Assembly: GCF_009914755.1 (NCBI RefSeq)
Contig: NC_060928.1
Length of the DNA: 64,000 nucleotides
DNA from: the human T2T-CHM13v2.0 reference genome, Homo sapiens
Direction: 5' to 3' (one strand)
Of this stretch, positions 59,821 through 64,000 are shown in pieces. The notes beneath the pieces are model-generated. The model was not told the origin of the DNA, made no database searches, and was given only the letters and a program-made list of their open reading frames with translations. Made by a program: the position numbers and the translations under genes. The stretch's first letter is position 1, and each line of letters opens with the position of its first letter.

Positions 59821-60205
59821 GTAAAGTAAGTTCTAATACAGATCTGTTTTTGAACAATTACCAGAAAATAATTCCGATGATGACGTAAACACTAGTTACA
59901 CATACTCTTGATCGAACCCTCAGAAAGGAGAACTTCTATCTGTAAAAGTATAAAATCAGGAATGGGGATGATAAACACCAAATTAAGATAGTGTTTACCT
60001 TTTCAAATGGAAAACAGAAAATAAATTTAAGGAAGGGTATAAAGAGGATATATTAACCTTATCTAACTAGTCTAGCACTTTTAGACAGGTCTAAAAGTGT
60101 TCTTGTTATCTTATTCTCCATTCTTTTGGGTATACCCAAAACATTTCATTAATAAAAAAGGAAACATCTACCTTAAAATATCTTTAATAAGAATGAGAAC
60201 AGTGG

Positions 60206-60536
<331 letters not shown>

Positions 60537-60839
60537 TTAGGACATTACATGGTATGGCCTAAATCAGTCTTGAAAACAGTTGCTAGTAAAGGAGGAAGTG
60601 AGGGAAAAGAAAGATTCTATTATTTTTAAGGCTCTTCATTTTTTTTAGAGTAGGTTTGTTTTAACCTTTCTATCGTAAGTAAAACAGAGAAACAAAGATA
60701 TCACATCTAATGAATGTATAGCTTTGTGAAGTGTAGCAAGGGACTCTCTCCAGCAGCAATTATCATCTAGGCCAAAGAAAACGGAATACTGCCAGCCACC
60801 CCCACCATATGTCCTGTCCCATTCACCGCTTCCTCCATC

Positions 60840-60906
60840 TCTGCAAAATCAAACACCATCCCTGCAAAATCAAACACCATCCCAGCAAAATCAGACACCA
60901 TCCCAG
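60840..60906. repeat. Tandem repeat, 3 x 21 bp (ccwgcaaaatcaracaccatc)
   Basis: Three near-identical direct units. Confidence 0.85.
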
Positions 60907-61740
60907 CTTCCATAGTAGTCATTTCCCTGTTTCTTCATTGCATCAGCACCCAAATACACATCCTCAGATGGGAGCCCAATCCTGCCCATTTTTTAATTTG
61001 ATGTCTTTTAAATCTCTTTAAATACACTTATTCCCCCTCCATTTCTTTTTTTCTTTTTCCCTTGCAGTTTATTGTTGAAGAACTGACAGAGTTTCCCACA
61101 GTGTAGGTTTGCTGATTGCATACTCAAAATTCAGGTCACCATTTACCAAGTAGCCAACCCAGAGGCTCAACCCCTTCAGCAGGACTATAGTACGAGTGTT
61201 TTTGCATCAGATGGTACATGGTATCTGATTATATCTCCTTTTGAGATGTTAGCAGCTATCGATACTCATTGCTAGGCCCAAGAGCCACTAATTTATAAGG
61301 GATTGCAAAATGGTAATAATCTAGTTTTGTATTCACAGACAAAATTAGCTGAAATGATTTTAAAAAGAGATACTTTCCTTATTTGCTGTTTGCTTACCTG
61401 TGTTCTACATTCTAATTTGAATCTTTTGAAGACCTTTTTTTCTGAACTCCAGACTCGTATACCCACTTGTTCCACTCTGCTTGAATGTCTAATTAAAGTA
61501 TCTCAAACATATCCAAAGCTAAGCCTCTTCCAGAAGTCTTCCACATATCACTTTTCTAGTTCCTCAGGCCTAAAACCTATAGTATTCTTGACTCTTGTCT
61601 CTTTTATATTGAAATCCAATCCATGGGCAAATCCCATTGCCTGTCCTCTCCAAATAGTAACCAAGCCACCATCATCTCCTGCCTTGATCACTCAATACAA
61701 AGCCATCTTTCTCATTTTGTTTCTGATTTCTAATGGTTAC

Positions 61741-62032
<292 letters not shown>

Positions 62033-62237
62033 CTAATGGTTACTTTTTTTAAAAGTTTCATTAATAACATTTTTATTATGCAAAATATATATGCAGTACC
62101 AAAGTCAAATCTACAAAACAGTTCCTTCGAGAAGTCTAATTTGCATTCTGTTCCTCTCCTTACTACTCTTTCCCCCTATGTAGGTAACCATTTTGAACAA
62201 GTTTTTGGTTTATCTTTTTTTCTTTTCTTTTTTCCTA

Positions 62238-62782
<545 letters not shown>

Positions 62783-63656
62783 TATGTACATTTGAACTTC
62801 CCTTATGGTAGCGTATGATGTGATAGATAAATGATAGCACATCATGCACACTTTTCTCCACCTGGCTTTTGTCAATTAATGATATCTCCTGAACATCAGA
62901 TATTCAAGTTGTTTTTAAGATTATAGATGCTTTCTGAATATTACTCATAGTATTAATAACATACTAAGCATAAATTTAAAATATCTCTTTTTCACATGCA
63001 GTATCAATTTACTTCAAATTACATGTGTAACTTTCAGATAGATGGTACAATTAGCAACTCTTTTTCAGCGGACTCCACCAAATTTTTAAATAAAAATGTT
63101 TTCTAGGTGGAGATTATGTGTATAAATCAATATAATCATTAAAAACATTTGTAGCATATTGTATTCATGATATGATGTGAAGGATTTACACTGAAAGGGT
63201 TCATATGTTAAATTTTCTGCCTCTGAAATTATCTTTTCTTCCTGTTTCTGAGTTTCCTCATTCTCATATATATTCAATTTAGCATTTGACCATGTCTGTT
63301 GCCTGTTAACCATTTAGAGATAGTATTCACAAAGACTAAAGTCTAGGCACCAAGCAACTATTTTTGTTGCATATTCCTGCATTTTCTGGATTGTTGGGCA
63401 GTAAAGGATGGAGGCACTTTCCAAGGGGATTCTAGCCCCTACTGTGGGACTCTGAGAAGGCAGAAAGGTCTAGATGGTTGAGTGGTCATGCTAAGGTTCA
63501 TTTTAACATACTGTGGTTCACTTTAACATTCATTCCTCCCTCCCCAACTCATCCTGAATATTTGGTATTTGCAGTTTACAAATTTTTAATTCTAATGTAT
63601 AGAAAACCAAGATGTACCAAAATTAAATATGTCTACCTAAAATATAGACATACTAA

Positions 63657-63979
<323 letters not shown>

Positions 63980-64000
63980 AAACATAGCATTTTCTATTTA

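Overview
Primate (very probably human) genomic DNA, mostly interspersed repeats: about 30 Alu pieces, old and young L1s, L2, MIR, MaLR LTRs and DNA transposons. Two gene-related structures stand out. (1) A full-length L1PA7/8-type LINE (40719-49349, +) contains a complete, disabled processed copy of BIN2 mRNA (about 44098-46315) inserted in ORF2, in frame with the L1 reading frame at the junction. (2) A CpG-island promoter (about 54050-54640) is followed by two spliced, open exons (54299-54376 and 59750-59820, +). They encode the start of a VAMP7-like longin domain, most likely the VAMP9/VAMP9P locus; from memory BIN2P1 and VAMP9P lie together on human 4q21. The rest of that gene was not found in the window. 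Smaller oddities are an AluY carrying an LTR7-like 5' leader inside its TSDs, an L1-templated 15-nt insert in the BIN2 retrocopy, one target site used twice by retrotransposons, and two short diverged local duplications. Family and subfamily names come from recognition of consensus sequences from memory, not from a search, and boundaries of old repeats are approximate.
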